Source of the DNA: an uncultured Chitinophagales bacterium
GTDB lineage: Bacteria; Bacteroidota; Bacteroidia; Chitinophagales; BACL12
Reading direction: 5' to 3'
DNA length: 64,000 bases
Assembly (NCBI GenBank): GCA_964463165.1
Contig: CAYXBK010000010.1
Coordinates: 29,648 to 93,647 of the forward strand
In this document: piece after piece, positions 42,287-52,904 of the stretch
Layout: every line of letters begins with the position of its first letter
Numbering within the stretch: position 1 is the stretch's first letter
Translations under genes and position numbers: made by a program
The notes under the pieces: model-generated
Databases searched by the model: none
The model's input: only the letters and a program-made list of their open reading frames with translations
What the model was told of the DNA's origin: nothing

Positions 42287-43317
42287 CCCTGATGTGCTTC
42301 CGTTAAAGCATGTTCAATTTTTTCCCAGGTAAAATCTTCAATCAGCTTTTCATCAAATGTAAAACTGCCTTTTTTAGTTATTAATTCATTTGCAAGCTGT
42401 ACCGGATCCTTTACATCATAAGCCGGAATAATAATACCGGTTTTATATTTTATCACAACTTCGGGAACAATAATATCAGCATTAATGATTACAGGAGTGC
42501 GTACTTGTATTGAATCGTAAATTTTATTCGGACTTGCATTGATTGTATTTTCATTGATTGGAGCATATGCACATAAGATATAGTCGGCTTCCACCGCGGC
42601 TATTTCCAATGCTTCTGCCTGTAGCAATACACCACGAAAATCAACCTTCGGATGTTCGGTAAGTGTTTTTGTATAAGTGTCTGAAAACCATCCTGCCATA
42701 ATAACCTGTATTTGATCGGAAACTGCAAGCAGTTTTTCTATTAAATCTGTTCCGCGGTCAATGCCCATCCATCCATAATATAAAATCACAATTCCGTTTT
42801 GTGATTTCTTTTGCAGCGGGCCTGTGTATTTATTCGGATAGTTTTGAAGTATGCTGATTTTCTTTTGGGTAAATGGCGGCATTAAACTTTTTCTGTTTTC
42901 GTCTGTCACCAATATTTTATTTACTGGGGCATAAATTATTCTCTTGATGAATTGCCATTTTTTACCGCCCTTGTTTACACGCAAAAACAAAGAGTCGAAT
43001 ATGTCCAGCACCACATGCTTTCTGAAAAGCAGCGGGTAAAAAAATATCATTAACTGTTCATTAATAATATGCACCGTGTCGGTTTTACCCATAAGCCGCC
43101 AAACCAGAAAAAATTGTTTTAATATTGTCAACGGACGATTGCGTTTACCCCGGATAAGGTAAAACCTCTTGCAATATGTTTTTCCAAACGATTTGGATTC
43201 ATCGGCTCCAATCCCGACAAATGTTATTTCAAAATTATTCGATAGCGTGCGCAATTCCTTATTGATACGCATGTCTGAACCATCGTTTGAACTGATATAT
43301 AATAATTTGCTTCTCAA
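42283..43317 (-). CDS. Probable GT-B fold glycosyltransferase
   Basis: 344 aa. Two Rossmann-like halves, with a C-terminal SPNKIYDSIQVRTPVIIN segment resembling GT1/GT4-like proteins. The assignment is weak. Confidence 0.45.
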   Translation of the reverse strand: MRSKLLYISSNDGSDMRINKELRTLSNNFEITFVGIGADESKSFGKTYCKRFYLIRGKRNRPLTILKQFFLVWRLMGKTDTVHIINEQLMIFFYPLLFRKHVVLDIFDSLFLRVNKGGKKWQFIKRIIYAPVNKILVTDENRKSLMPPFTQKKISILQNYPNKYTGPLQKKSQNGIVILYYGWMGIDRGTDLIEKLLAVSDQIQVIMAGWFSDTYTKTLTEHPKVDFRGVLLQAEALEIAAVEADYILCAYAPINENTINASPNKIYDSIQVRTPVIINADIIVPEVVIKYKTGIIIPAYDVKDPVQLANELITKKGSFTFDEKLIEDFTWEKIEHALTEAHQG

Positions 43318-43322
43318 AATAT

Positions 43323-44378
43323 TTATGCCTGTTTATTTAAAAACACACGGCTGAAGTCTGCCCAGTTCATAGATTTCACCTTATTAAAATTTGCTGCTCC
43401 ATATTTTTCCAGTAAAGAAGAAGATAATTGAAATGCATATTCCAGTTTGTTTTTTAACCCCCCCGGAGAATATAAAAGATCTTCCTGTTGTTGGAGCCGG
43501 TCGTTGATGACATTTGAAGCAGGTGCAATAACAGGTTTTTTAAACCCCATGGCCAGGACCAATGAGCCCGAATTTTCAATTTCTCTGAATGGCAGCACAA
43601 CCAGGTCTGCCGCATTGAAAAAATATTGCACTTTATCAACTGGAATAAATTGCAGGTGCATTTGAATTTTATCTTTTAATGCACTTTTTAATTTTTCAAA
43701 ATATGCTGCATCGGTCATTTTCCCGGCGCAAATTAAAAGTGCATTATTCAGATTAAAGTCCTGCATGAGCTCTAATACGCCTTTATATGGGGAAAATGTG
43801 CCGAAAAATAAAAACACCTTTTTGTCGGGCGTAATATTCAGATATTTTCTTGCTTCCTCTTTTGTAATAGTATTCGGATAATAATCGATATAGGAGCCTT
43901 CAGGGCAGATTTGAAATTTTTGATCCGGTTGATTTAATATTTGCATCGCTGCAGTAAGTGAATGTTCATTAAACAGCCTGATTGCCGCTACATGTTTTGC
44001 AAACCAACGTTGCACACGAATATGTAATTTGCGCTGGTAGGTGGTATGCGGAAATAAATTATGCAAGGTCCAAATGAAACGGATTCGCAGGATATACCGC
44101 ACAAACAAAACCTGAAACATAAAAACAGGTATGTCAATATAAGTCAGCCATGCATAGCGACGAGTATAATAGGATTCGATCCAGTCGAAGTGCATATAAT
44201 CCGGCCTGTATTTAATTCCTGAACGTATAATGCCCAAAAACCTGTCGTTTATTCCGTTAAATGCGTTTAATTTTTTATTTTGATTTAATCCCGCGATCAT
44301 TAATTGCTGATAAGGATTTTCATTTCCTGCAACCGGAAGGCATACTATTTTTATTTTATCCGTTGCAGTGGTATTCAT
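43323..44378 (-). CDS. Glycosyltransferase (group 1 / GT4-like)
   Basis: 351 aa. The C-terminal half has ADLVVLPFREIENSGSLVLAMGFKKPVIAP, which is E-x7-like. Confidence 0.6.
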   Translation of the reverse strand: MNTTATDKIKIVCLPVAGNENPYQQLMIAGLNQNKKLNAFNGINDRFLGIIRSGIKYRPDYMHFDWIESYYTRRYAWLTYIDIPVFMFQVLFVRYILRIRFIWTLHNLFPHTTYQRKLHIRVQRWFAKHVAAIRLFNEHSLTAAMQILNQPDQKFQICPEGSYIDYYPNTITKEEARKYLNITPDKKVFLFFGTFSPYKGVLELMQDFNLNNALLICAGKMTDAAYFEKLKSALKDKIQMHLQFIPVDKVQYFFNAADLVVLPFREIENSGSLVLAMGFKKPVIAPASNVINDRLQQQEDLLYSPGGLKNKLEYAFQLSSSLLEKYGAANFNKVKSMNWADFSRVFLNKQA

Positions 44379-45304
44379 TTTTTATTTACAACCTGATCTA
44401 AAATAAATCGGAGGCCCTCCAGTTCATATCCATGCCTGATGCGGCCGACATAATGTTTGCATACGGAATCTTCCGGTTTTTTTAAAAGATCAACATCATA
44501 TTGCGGCGGTAAATGTGTTGCACCCTTCGCACTTCTGTTTGCCAGAATGCTCATGAAAGTTTGTTCGAGCCGGTAAGAAGTATTAAAAGGCTGAAAATAA
44601 TCCATACGCAGCCACGATTCCGCTAATTCGAGATCAATATCCTTTGTATTCATCACCCAAAGTCCTGCATTTGCTTTTTCAAGCGGGTATAAACCCGACC
44701 CTTTGACGATTTCTTCAATACTTTCAACATAGGCATTATCGATATCCTTATTGAAATAGTTTATTTGTTCCGACTGATCCCTCAGTGTATTTATGAAAAA
44801 TACGGGATCCTGAAAAAATAAAATATCCACGTCAATATATGCAATCCGGCTGCCGTTACTGAATAATCTGACATCAATAAATTTCAAAGCCATCACCTGT
44901 GCAGTTCTGTATTTACGCAATAAGGGAAATTTATTTAATGCAATTTCTGCTTTTTCATCAGCTTCCTTCCTGGTAACGATCCTGCAATTCAACTGTTTTT
45001 TTAAGCGATTAATATCCTTATCTGAAAGCGTTCCGTCGTCGTGAATTGTAATTTTGTAGTTCGTGCCGCAGACATAATTAAATACTTTAAACCCTGCAAT
45101 TGCCATGTCGACATATTTCTTGCCAATCAAAGTATGTATGCTGAATGGATGAATCGCTTCATCAGGATATGGTGCAATTGCATCAATAAGTTTACGGCTT
45201 ATTTTTCTTCTTGACGGGTTGATAAATAATTCACGGCTGATCTTGTTTCTTATTCTTTCCCAAACAGATTTCGGCGTTACAAGCGGAATTAATTTATAGT
45301 TCAT
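44375..45304 (-). CDS. Hypothetical protein, possible GT-A-like glycosyltransferase (DxD-like motif)
   Basis: 309 aa and soluble. IAYIDVDILFFQDP looks like a DxD nucleotide-sugar/metal site. No firm family recognised. Confidence 0.35.
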   Translation of the reverse strand: MNYKLIPLVTPKSVWERIRNKISRELFINPSRRKISRKLIDAIAPYPDEAIHPFSIHTLIGKKYVDMAIAGFKVFNYVCGTNYKITIHDDGTLSDKDINRLKKQLNCRIVTRKEADEKAEIALNKFPLLRKYRTAQVMALKFIDVRLFSNGSRIAYIDVDILFFQDPVFFINTLRDQSEQINYFNKDIDNAYVESIEEIVKGSGLYPLEKANAGLWVMNTKDIDLELAESWLRMDYFQPFNTSYRLEQTFMSILANRSAKGATHLPPQYDVDLLKKPEDSVCKHYVGRIRHGYELEGLRFILDQVVNKK

Positions 45305-46602
45305 ACAGCAGCCGGATTTAATTCATGAACAAGACGCTGTATAATTGTATCGATACTTTCTGCCTGCCCGACTTTTTTTAATTCTGAATTGTACGGTAAA
45401 AACATTTCCCTCTTTTTGCGAAGATCTTCCATCAGGAAAGGAATTTGTTTTGTTGATCTCAGGATATTCGGGCTTTCTTTCAGTTTCAGATATTTATCAT
45501 TTTGATATTGATGGATAAACCCGTGTAGTTGCCTGTAATTTTTTTCAGCCGCGGTGTCTATCAATATTACCGGCACATGCAAATGCGCAGCTTCAAGCGA
45601 TAATGTCGTGCCGAAATGAAATAATGCAACTGCATCCTGAATTGTTTTATATTTTTCTGTAAAATCAGCAGGCAATTGCGAGGTGCCCTGTGTAAATGCA
45701 TGCATTGATTCAATTTCTACATTCGGCAAGGAAGCAAGTTTGTTATAAACAGACATGTCTCTGACAAACGGATAAGGACGGATTTTAAACCGAAAAAAAT
45801 CAGAACGCGATTCCGCGAATTTAATTAGCAATTCCATCATCGCAATCTCTTCGGTGAGCAGTTTGCCGTTACCCGTACCGCCAACCATATATATGTAGGG
45901 TTTATCAATATGGGTGGAAGTTGATTGTGACCCGAGGAATTTGTTTAAATACATGAACTGTGTTGCTCCCAATACATGGATCTGGTCAGGATTTACTCCT
46001 TGCAATGTATGCACATCATTTTTTATTTCTGCACTCCATGTTAAATATATATTTTGCGGATTGCTGAGAAAGCATTTCATTTTACAGGCGTGATCCCAGC
46101 TGTATACATAATTTATTACAGGTTTATTTGTTTTTTGAATTGCAGCATATAAAATATCGTTATAGATCTGTGTGATACAGAAAAATTTATCAATATCTTT
46201 CAGCAAATGTCCCTGATCTGTTTTCAAAAGCGACAGAAATCTTTTATAGGAAATAAATTTCGGGGTGAATTTGGAGAGGCGAAGGAAGCTCCATTCAATG
46301 AAATAAAAGAATCCCCTTAAATTCGAATTATACAGTTTGAAATTTTCAGTGATATAATAATTATTTTTTGATTTCGGAAGCTTCCCGAACAATTTAAACA
46401 ACCGCTCATAAAAATAATTTCTGTATTTGTATTTCCGGGTGTTGAAAAAACGCACCTCCACATCTTCGTCTGTTAATTGTGCTAAATGTTTATCCTTTTC
46501 ATTAAGAAATAAAACAATATCCAGTTTTTTATTTAATGCAGAGATCAAATCTCTAATATCATTTCTTGTATTGATATATTGTGCAAATACTCCGATCTTC
46601 AT
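45301..46602 (-). CDS. Hypothetical polysaccharide-locus protein (possibly a TagF- or capsule-polymerase-like transferase)
   Basis: The likely start is MKIGVFAQYI at 46602, whose ATG shares 1 nt with the upstream stop (TGATG). No recognised motif apart from a Rossmann-like C-terminal half (HFGTTLSLEAAHLHVPVILID). Confidence 0.3.
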   Translation of the reverse strand: MKIGVFAQYINTRNDIRDLISALNKKLDIVLFLNEKDKHLAQLTDEDVEVRFFNTRKYKYRNYFYERLFKLFGKLPKSKNNYYITENFKLYNSNLRGFFYFIEWSFLRLSKFTPKFISYKRFLSLLKTDQGHLLKDIDKFFCITQIYNDILYAAIQKTNKPVINYVYSWDHACKMKCFLSNPQNIYLTWSAEIKNDVHTLQGVNPDQIHVLGATQFMYLNKFLGSQSTSTHIDKPYIYMVGGTGNGKLLTEEIAMMELLIKFAESRSDFFRFKIRPYPFVRDMSVYNKLASLPNVEIESMHAFTQGTSQLPADFTEKYKTIQDAVALFHFGTTLSLEAAHLHVPVILIDTAAEKNYRQLHGFIHQYQNDKYLKLKESPNILRSTKQIPFLMEDLRKKREMFLPYNSELKKVGQAESIDTIIQRLVHELNPAAV

Positions 46603-47837
46603 CAGGCGGCTAACAGTTGTTTTATTTTCTCGGATAAATGCTGAAATGTAAATTCTGTGCACAATTTTCCATAAGCTTGGTTGCTAATATGTATTCTGTA
46701 TTCAGAGTCCCGAAATAACCGGATGATATGATTTGTAAAATCATTATAGTTATCTGCTACGAGAATATCAACACCTGATTCAAGGCCCGGGGTTTCATTT
46801 CCGGTTTTTTCGAAAACTACAACTGCACCGTGAAGACGTATTGCATTTAATAACCTTGTCCTTGTACCTGTGCCGCGGTCGTAAGGTAAAATATGTATAT
46901 CATATGGTTCCGTAACTGACGTTAAATCATTTACATGCCCTATGATTTTGATTTGCGGATCGTTTGCCACACTGCCGAATATTTCATTTGTGACTGCCGT
47001 TTGATCGCCAATGAAATAACATTCTAAATTTTGAATTTCCTGTTTTAAGACGGGATATACATGTTTAAAAAAATTTATAAGACCAATCCGGTTTGCAGTT
47101 GCGGAAGAAGTGCCTATATGCAAAAGCCTGTTTTTTAATAAATTCCGTGAATTCGTATACACCTTTTCTTTCACAATTGGATAGATCGCCGGGAAACTGA
47201 ATGATTTCAATCCCGTGTGAATTTCCAATGCAATTTTGCGTTCCTGTTCTGATCCATTTACAAAAAAACGCACCTTTTTCAATAAAGTTTTTTCAAAATG
47301 CTGCAGCATGAAACCGCGAAGGAAATTCCGTATTGAAAATTTATTTCTTTCTTTCAGGATGCGATAAATAAAGTCGTGATGACTGTATAAAACAGGTGTC
47401 GTAGATTTTTGCCGGACAGCGAGAAGCGCCGGTAAAATATGTTCTGCCCAGATCAGATCCGGATTGAAATCACTCATGATTTTGTGAATTCTGTTCACGA
47501 GCCCGTCATCAATATTTGCAAAAAGTATTTTTGACTTGTCTGAAAAACTTGTGAAAGGAAATTTAAGAAGGGATCTCAATGAAAGGATATTAAATGTAAG
47601 TTTTGAAACCGGTATCGTTTCTATATTCATGTGACCCTGAAAACCTGCTTCACCAATAAAAGTCTCCAGTTGATTTCTCATGACCGGTTCATTACTTGTA
47701 AGATGCAGCAATAAAATTTCCGATTTCGGAAATGCATACAGCAAAGAAACCAAATGGCCACTGCTGAAACTTGATGCCCCATTCAGATCAAAAGAGAAGG
47801 GTGATTCGGTAATAAATAAAATTTTATTTACTCTCAT
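46602..47837 (-). CDS. Glycosyltransferase-like protein (GT-B, GT4-like)
   Basis: 411 aa. The C-terminal half has IHILPYDRGTGTRTRLLNAIRLHGAVVV, resembling Glyco_trans_1-like domains. Confidence 0.5.
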   Translation of the reverse strand: MRVNKILFITESPFSFDLNGASSFSSGHLVSLLYAFPKSEILLLHLTSNEPVMRNQLETFIGEAGFQGHMNIETIPVSKLTFNILSLRSLLKFPFTSFSDKSKILFANIDDGLVNRIHKIMSDFNPDLIWAEHILPALLAVRQKSTTPVLYSHHDFIYRILKERNKFSIRNFLRGFMLQHFEKTLLKKVRFFVNGSEQERKIALEIHTGLKSFSFPAIYPIVKEKVYTNSRNLLKNRLLHIGTSSATANRIGLINFFKHVYPVLKQEIQNLECYFIGDQTAVTNEIFGSVANDPQIKIIGHVNDLTSVTEPYDIHILPYDRGTGTRTRLLNAIRLHGAVVVFEKTGNETPGLESGVDILVADNYNDFTNHIIRLFRDSEYRIHISNQAYGKLCTEFTFQHLSEKIKQLLAA

Positions 47838-48739
47838 TTATAACGTGCCAGTGCAACAAAATGCCTGATACCAAGTTTGCGCATGCTGATAATAAAAGCG
47901 AAATATTCTTTGACTGCCCGAGCGAATGAAAATTTTGACATTTGCATAATGCTCCATAACCATTGACGCTGTGCACCTTTTAATTTCATGTTGAGGAAGT
48001 CCTTGTTCTTTTTGAAAATATAAATTGTGCTTGCATAGAAATTCATTGTTCGTTTGCGGTCGAGCGAATCATGCAGGATTCTGTAATGTACCGTAACCTG
48101 GTTCAAAGGCGCAAAGTGATAACCGTGTTTGGATAATTCAATCCACATTGCCCAGTCTTCGTAGGCAAGGGTTTCATTGAAGCCTCCAACTGCCCGTAAG
48201 GCACTTGTTCTGCATAAAACGGATGGCGCGTGTATGAAAGGGCGCTCCGATAATTCATTTATCAAACTTCCGGATGGCATTTCATCGATTTGTAAAATTC
48301 TCTTTAACCGTGTAAATTCTGATTCAGAAGAAATCATTTTACCCTGCTCATCAATTTTTATAATATCCGTATAAACACAAGCGTAGGATGTTGCAAGTGA
48401 TTCAAATAAATCAACCTGTAATTGAATTTTATCCTTCATTAAAATATCATCGCAAGCTATACCCTGGATATATTTTCCATTTGCCGCCCGCAGGCAGATA
48501 TTGCAATTTTTTGTAACAGGAAATGGCCGGGGATTAATTATGAATGTGCAGATAAACCCCGTTTCGTTTATCCATTTTTGAATCTCCTCAGCCGACCCAT
48601 CGTCTGAAGCATTATCAAGAATAATCAGTTCAATATTTGCATAGCTTTGATTTCTTATGCTTTCAAGCGTTTCCCGCAGGAAGGCTTTATGCCGGTGGCA
48701 GATGGCAAATATTGTGACAAGTGGTTTTTGCTTATCCAA
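47834..48739 (-). CDS. Glycosyltransferase family 2
   Basis: 301 aa. The N-terminal GT-A has VTIFAICHRHKAFLRETLESIRNQSY, ILDNASDDGS and a downstream DD. Confidence 0.8.
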   Translation of the reverse strand: MDKQKPLVTIFAICHRHKAFLRETLESIRNQSYANIELIILDNASDDGSAEEIQKWINETGFICTFIINPRPFPVTKNCNICLRAANGKYIQGIACDDILMKDKIQLQVDLFESLATSYACVYTDIIKIDEQGKMISSESEFTRLKRILQIDEMPSGSLINELSERPFIHAPSVLCRTSALRAVGGFNETLAYEDWAMWIELSKHGYHFAPLNQVTVHYRILHDSLDRKRTMNFYASTIYIFKKNKDFLNMKLKGAQRQWLWSIMQMSKFSFARAVKEYFAFIISMRKLGIRHFVALARYK

Positions 48740-48740
48740 T

Positions 48741-50222
48741 TTAATTCCGTCGGTTCAATTTATTTTTAATATACGCTTTGACTGGCACCAACCGGTTTAA
48801 ATGTATAAACGACCAGATGCATAAAAGCACTACAACAAATACTGCAATCGCAATATATAAAGCTGAATAAGGTTGCGTATATACAATCAGGAAAATACTC
48901 CCGATAAAAAGAATACTTGCAGCAATTAATTTCAGTGTATACAAATCCGGTTTAAATTTTACAACCTTTCTGATTGCAAACAGGATTATAAAAACATACA
49001 AAATATAGTTCAGCAAATAGGCAATGCCGATTGCTTCAATTCCCATCTTATTTATCAGGAACCACGAAAAAAATAATAAGCCGAGATTCCCGATCAGTTC
49101 GGTGATAATATAAATACCTGATGAGCGCATCGCCGGAAGAATATATGCAACGGGCCAAATAAATACCTTAAGCAGTGTGCCTAATACAAGCCATTGAAAC
49201 ATCGCAGTGGCCGATAAAAATTCTGAGGAATACAACAGTTGAATGACTACCGGAGAAATCAGCAGCATGCCGCCAATTGCGGGTGCGCCGATCAATATGC
49301 CGATATGCAGTTGTTCGTTAACGAGATTATTTATTTCCGCAGGCGAATCACTTGCCGCAGAAAGTCGCGGATAATAATCTCTACCCATGGCCTGAAAAAT
49401 TAATTGCAGATAAATTGCAGAAATTGACCAGCCGGCCTGAAAAATACCAACATGTATCAGCCCGAGTTTATTATTTACAAGAATGCGCAATATATACATC
49501 ACAATTATCATGAACAATCCGGAAATCATTAATGCGATCCCTAAACTGCCGAGATATTTTCCATGTTTAAATGTTTCTTTGAGGCTCACTTGAATTTCTG
49601 CCGTTTTAATTTTCCTGGAGAAATAAAACACACAAAGAAGATTCACAATTGCCATGATGATCATCCCAGGTATTATTGCATCTGTACCATAAGCATAATA
49701 CAATGGAATGGTAATGATGAGACTTATTAGTGTAGCAATTATCGGAGATAGCGCCATGGACTGAATCCTTCGGTATCCCTGCAACAAAGCGAGCCTGCCT
49801 GCAGCAAGCTGCGCAATTAAAACAATTACTGAAATTATTTTAAAATCCATAGCATGTGCATCGTCATTAAATGCAATTCTGCTGAGCGGAACACTGCAAA
49901 CAAATACAATCAGCATCCCTGTAATTCCTATAAACCATGTCAGTGTATTTAAAACACGAAATGTAAAGGCGATCCGTTCTTCATTTTTATTTTTAACTGC
50001 AAGCGCAATATCCCGCACTGCACTTTGACTTAAACCGCCGCCTGCAATTGTTCCGATCAGATCAACGGTTGATTGTAAAATACCTGCAAGCCCGACTCCT
50101 GCCGGACCGATAAGCACTGCAACAAATTTTGTCCCGATAATTTTCAGAAGGATCTGAATGCCCTGCGCAATACCGGAAATTCCCGTTGTTTTTAAAATTT
50201 GCTTATAACTTTTTTCAGGCAT
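48741..50222 (-). CDS. wzx: Oligosaccharide flippase (MOP/Wzx family)
   Basis: 493 aa with about 12-14 TM segments. The N-terminus [30 protein letters not shown] is typical of polysaccharide-transport MOP flippases. Confidence 0.8.
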   Translation of the reverse strand: MPEKSYKQILKTTGISGIAQGIQILLKIIGTKFVAVLIGPAGVGLAGILQSTVDLIGTIAGGGLSQSAVRDIALAVKNKNEERIAFTFRVLNTLTWFIGITGMLIVFVCSVPLSRIAFNDDAHAMDFKIISVIVLIAQLAAGRLALLQGYRRIQSMALSPIIATLISLIITIPLYYAYGTDAIIPGMIIMAIVNLLCVFYFSRKIKTAEIQVSLKETFKHGKYLGSLGIALMISGLFMIIVMYILRILVNNKLGLIHVGIFQAGWSISAIYLQLIFQAMGRDYYPRLSAASDSPAEINNLVNEQLHIGILIGAPAIGGMLLISPVVIQLLYSSEFLSATAMFQWLVLGTLLKVFIWPVAYILPAMRSSGIYIITELIGNLGLLFFSWFLINKMGIEAIGIAYLLNYILYVFIILFAIRKVVKFKPDLYTLKLIAASILFIGSIFLIVYTQPYSALYIAIAVFVVVLLCIWSFIHLNRLVPVKAYIKNKLNRRN

Positions 50223-51327
50223 GCTTTAAATAAAAGTGACGGATTTGATTTGCGATATACTGTATTTGCTCATCACCTAATCCGGGCCAGCAAGGAAGGC
50301 TTAAAGTAGTATCTGCAATTTCTTCAGCAACAGGGAAATCTCCTTTTTTATATTGAAGATGCGTATATGCTTTTTGCAGATGAAAAGGTACCGGATAATG
50401 AATCAATGTTCCAATCCCTTTTTCTTTTAAATAGTTTTGGAGTGCATTTCTCTTTTCCGTTCTGATCGCATAGATATGAAATACATGTGTTGCACCTGCA
50501 GCTGTTGCCGGTAAAATAATTTCTTCAATTCCTTGTAATGCTTTCTGATAATGTGCTGCTATTGTTTGCCGTTCGGCAGTCCAGGCATCAAGATATTTTA
50601 ATTTAATTGAGAGAACCGCTGCCTGAAACTCATCCATGCGCATATTATGCCCCAGCATTTCATTGTAATATTTTTCTGATGATCCATAATTGCGCAATGC
50701 GGAAATTGATTTTGCCGATTCCGCATCATTGGTTGTAACACAACCGGCCTCTCCCAATGCGCCGAGATTTTTTCCCGGATAGAAACTTGTCGCATTCACA
50801 ATTCCGAATGAACCCGTTTTTTTATTTTGAAAAGTTGCACCGTGTGCCTGCGCATTATCTTCAATTACATGCAGATTATTTTTATCGGCAAGATTTAGAA
50901 TTGCATGCATTTCACAAGCCTGTCCGTACAGATGGACGGGAATTATTGCCTTTGTATTTTTCGTGATCGCTTTTTGAATATTGTCCGGATTGATATTATA
51001 TGTATTTAACCGCGGTTCAACAGGAACAGGAGTTGCACCTGTATACGAAACGGCGAGTGCAGTTGCGATATATGTATTCGAAGGAATAATAACTTCATCG
51101 TTATTTGTGATACCTAAACTTTTCAATGCAAGAAATATTGCATCCAAACCATTGCTCACTCCAATTGCATGTTGAACTCCGATATAACCGGCAAATTCTT
51201 TTTCAAATTGTTCTACAAGCGGACCTGCAACATAATGTGTACTATCATAAAATGCATTAAAAGCCGATATTATTTCCAGCTTTACCGCATCATGCATTTT
51301 TGAAAATGATAAATAAGGTATTTGCAT
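50215..51327 (-). CDS. DegT-family PLP aminotransferase (FdtB/QdtB-like 3-aminotransferase)
   Basis: 370 aa. [20 protein letters not shown], and [18 protein letters not shown] with the PLP lysine. Adjacent to FdtA-like cupins and an LbH acetyltransferase. Confidence 0.8.
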   Translation of the reverse strand: MQIPYLSFSKMHDAVKLEIISAFNAFYDSTHYVAGPLVEQFEKEFAGYIGVQHAIGVSNGLDAIFLALKSLGITNNDEVIIPSNTYIATALAVSYTGATPVPVEPRLNTYNINPDNIQKAITKNTKAIIPVHLYGQACEMHAILNLADKNNLHVIEDNAQAHGATFQNKKTGSFGIVNATSFYPGKNLGALGEAGCVTTNDAESAKSISALRNYGSSEKYYNEMLGHNMRMDEFQAAVLSIKLKYLDAWTAERQTIAAHYQKALQGIEEIILPATAAGATHVFHIYAIRTEKRNALQNYLKEKGIGTLIHYPVPFHLQKAYTHLQYKKGDFPVAEEIADTTLSLPCWPGLGDEQIQYIANQIRHFYLKHA

Positions 51328-52103
51328 TAACTGAATTCGGGATGCTCTTTTAACCAGTTTTCAAAACCCTCTTTTTCCCATGGCATTCCTCTTTTAAAAT
51401 GATATGGCCACGGATAATGTGAACCTGTTGTTTCTCTTGATTTTATTTCCCGAATATCCTTCACAATCCTGCCGGGGTTGCCGGCCATCACCTGATAGTC
51501 TGGAACATTTTTATTAACGAGTGTACCGGCCGCAATAAATGCATGTTTCCCGATTTCAATGCCGGGTAGTATCATGCTGCTGACTGCAATTTGCGTAAAG
51601 TCGCCAACAGTAGAACCGATATTTACATTTGAAGGTGGATGCGGGTCATTTGTAAAAATGACATATGGGTAAATGAAAACAAAATTTCCAATTTTTGTTT
51701 TTTGGGAGATATGCAATTCAGCAAGCAGCCAGCAATAATTTCCAAACTCGGCAAAACCCTGAATATCTATTCCGGTACCAACCCTGCAATGATTTCCAAA
51801 GGTTGTGTATTCACGAATCGTGATGCGATGGCCTGTGCTGAAATTTTCACCAAATGAACAACCTGCATAAATGATCGCATGACTTCTTATCAGCGAATTT
51901 TTTCCAATCATTGTTGCAGGATTTTGGTAAGCCTCATTCTGATAATAATCATTTAACGGCTCACCGATTATGGAATTATTGCAGATGATGCTGTTATCTC
52001 CAATAATAACATTATCATAAATAACAGTATCGTCGCCGATGCGGACATTTGTGCCGATCCGGGCAGAGGGGCTGATATATACGTTGCGGTTATTGAATTT
52101 CAT
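51327..52103 (-). CDS. Left-handed beta-helix (hexapeptide) acetyltransferase (FdtC/QdtC-like)
   Basis: 258 aa with repeated [LIV]G..... hexapeptides ([35 protein letters not shown]). Confidence 0.75.
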   Translation of the reverse strand: MKFNNRNVYISPSARIGTNVRIGDDTVIYDNVIIGDNSIICNNSIIGEPLNDYYQNEAYQNPATMIGKNSLIRSHAIIYAGCSFGENFSTGHRITIREYTTFGNHCRVGTGIDIQGFAEFGNYCWLLAELHISQKTKIGNFVFIYPYVIFTNDPHPPSNVNIGSTVGDFTQIAVSSMILPGIEIGKHAFIAAGTLVNKNVPDYQVMAGNPGRIVKDIREIKSRETTGSHYPWPYHFKRGMPWEKEGFENWLKEHPEFS

Positions 52104-52510
52104 TTTGCAGTGAAATTTTTAAAATCATTATAATCGCGGATATAATCATCGGGATTATAAATTTGAGATGTCAGCACGAGACAAACTGCTCCGGAGGAAA
52201 AATTTAATTCGTTTGCCCAAATCATCGGAGGAATATGCAAACCGTAGTGAGGACGGTTGAGCGAAATAATTTTTTCCGCATTACCATCATCAATGCGCAC
52301 TTCAAAACTCCCGCTCGCTGCAATTAAGATCTGGTGACATGTTTTATGGGCATGTGCACCTCTTGATTCTCCTCCCGGAATATCATAGAGATAAAATATT
52401 CTTTTTACTTCAAAAGGAATTTCCCTGAAATTATGAATGGGAGTGATATTGCCTGCCCGGTTTTGAATTTTTGGAAAATGAATAATATCGCAATTATTTA
52501 TTGAGTTCAT
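52100..52510 (-). CDS. WxcM/FdtA-like cupin (sugar 3,4-ketoisomerase family), paralog 2
   Basis: The likely start is MNSINNCDIIHFPKIQNRAGN; the track's longer ORF would overlap the upstream gene by 83 nt. Has the canonical RGAHAHK motif. Confidence 0.7.
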   Translation of the reverse strand: MNSINNCDIIHFPKIQNRAGNITPIHNFREIPFEVKRIFYLYDIPGGESRGAHAHKTCHQILIAASGSFEVRIDDGNAEKIISLNRPHYGLHIPPMIWANELNFSSGAVCLVLTSQIYNPDDYIRDYNDFKNFTAK

Positions 52511-52904
52511 GCCGGAACTGTTTAAATTGTTCAAAATCGCGGATATAATCCGATTCGTCATAAGCGCCGGATGCAACTATTAATGCAAAAGAATTTGTTG
52601 AAAAATTTTCGAGATGCCGCCAGTATAAAGCAGGCACATAGATTCCATAATACGATCTGTTTAATTGAAATTTAAATTCGTGCATACCGTCGTTTAATAC
52701 CACATCAAAACTTCCGCTGATCGCAATAATAAATTCGTTCAAATGGCGGTAAGCATGCCCGCCTCTTACAGCACCACCCGGCACATCATAAATCCAATAA
52801 GTGCGTTCAATTTTAAAAGGAATATGATTTTCGCTTTCAATAAACGATAAATTTCCGCGGTCGTCGAATATTTTCGGCAGCTCAATTAATTTCGGTTCGT
52901 TCAT
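52494..52904 (-). CDS. WxcM/FdtA-like cupin (sugar 3,4-ketoisomerase family), paralog 1
   Basis: 136 aa. LPKIFDDRGNLSFIE; the motif is RGGHAYR, with Tyr where the second His normally sits. Confidence 0.7.
   Translation of the reverse strand: MNEPKLIELPKIFDDRGNLSFIESENHIPFKIERTYWIYDVPGGAVRGGHAYRHLNEFIIAISGSFDVVLNDGMHEFKFQLNRSYYGIYVPALYWRHLENFSTNSFALIVASGAYDESDYIRDFEQFKQFRHELNK

Noticed and set aside
52511-52576. Longer N-terminus of the second FdtA-like gene (MHPALMTNRIISAILNNLNSSG)
   Set aside because: It would overlap the upstream paralogue by 83 nt. The family-typical N-terminus begins at MNSINN...
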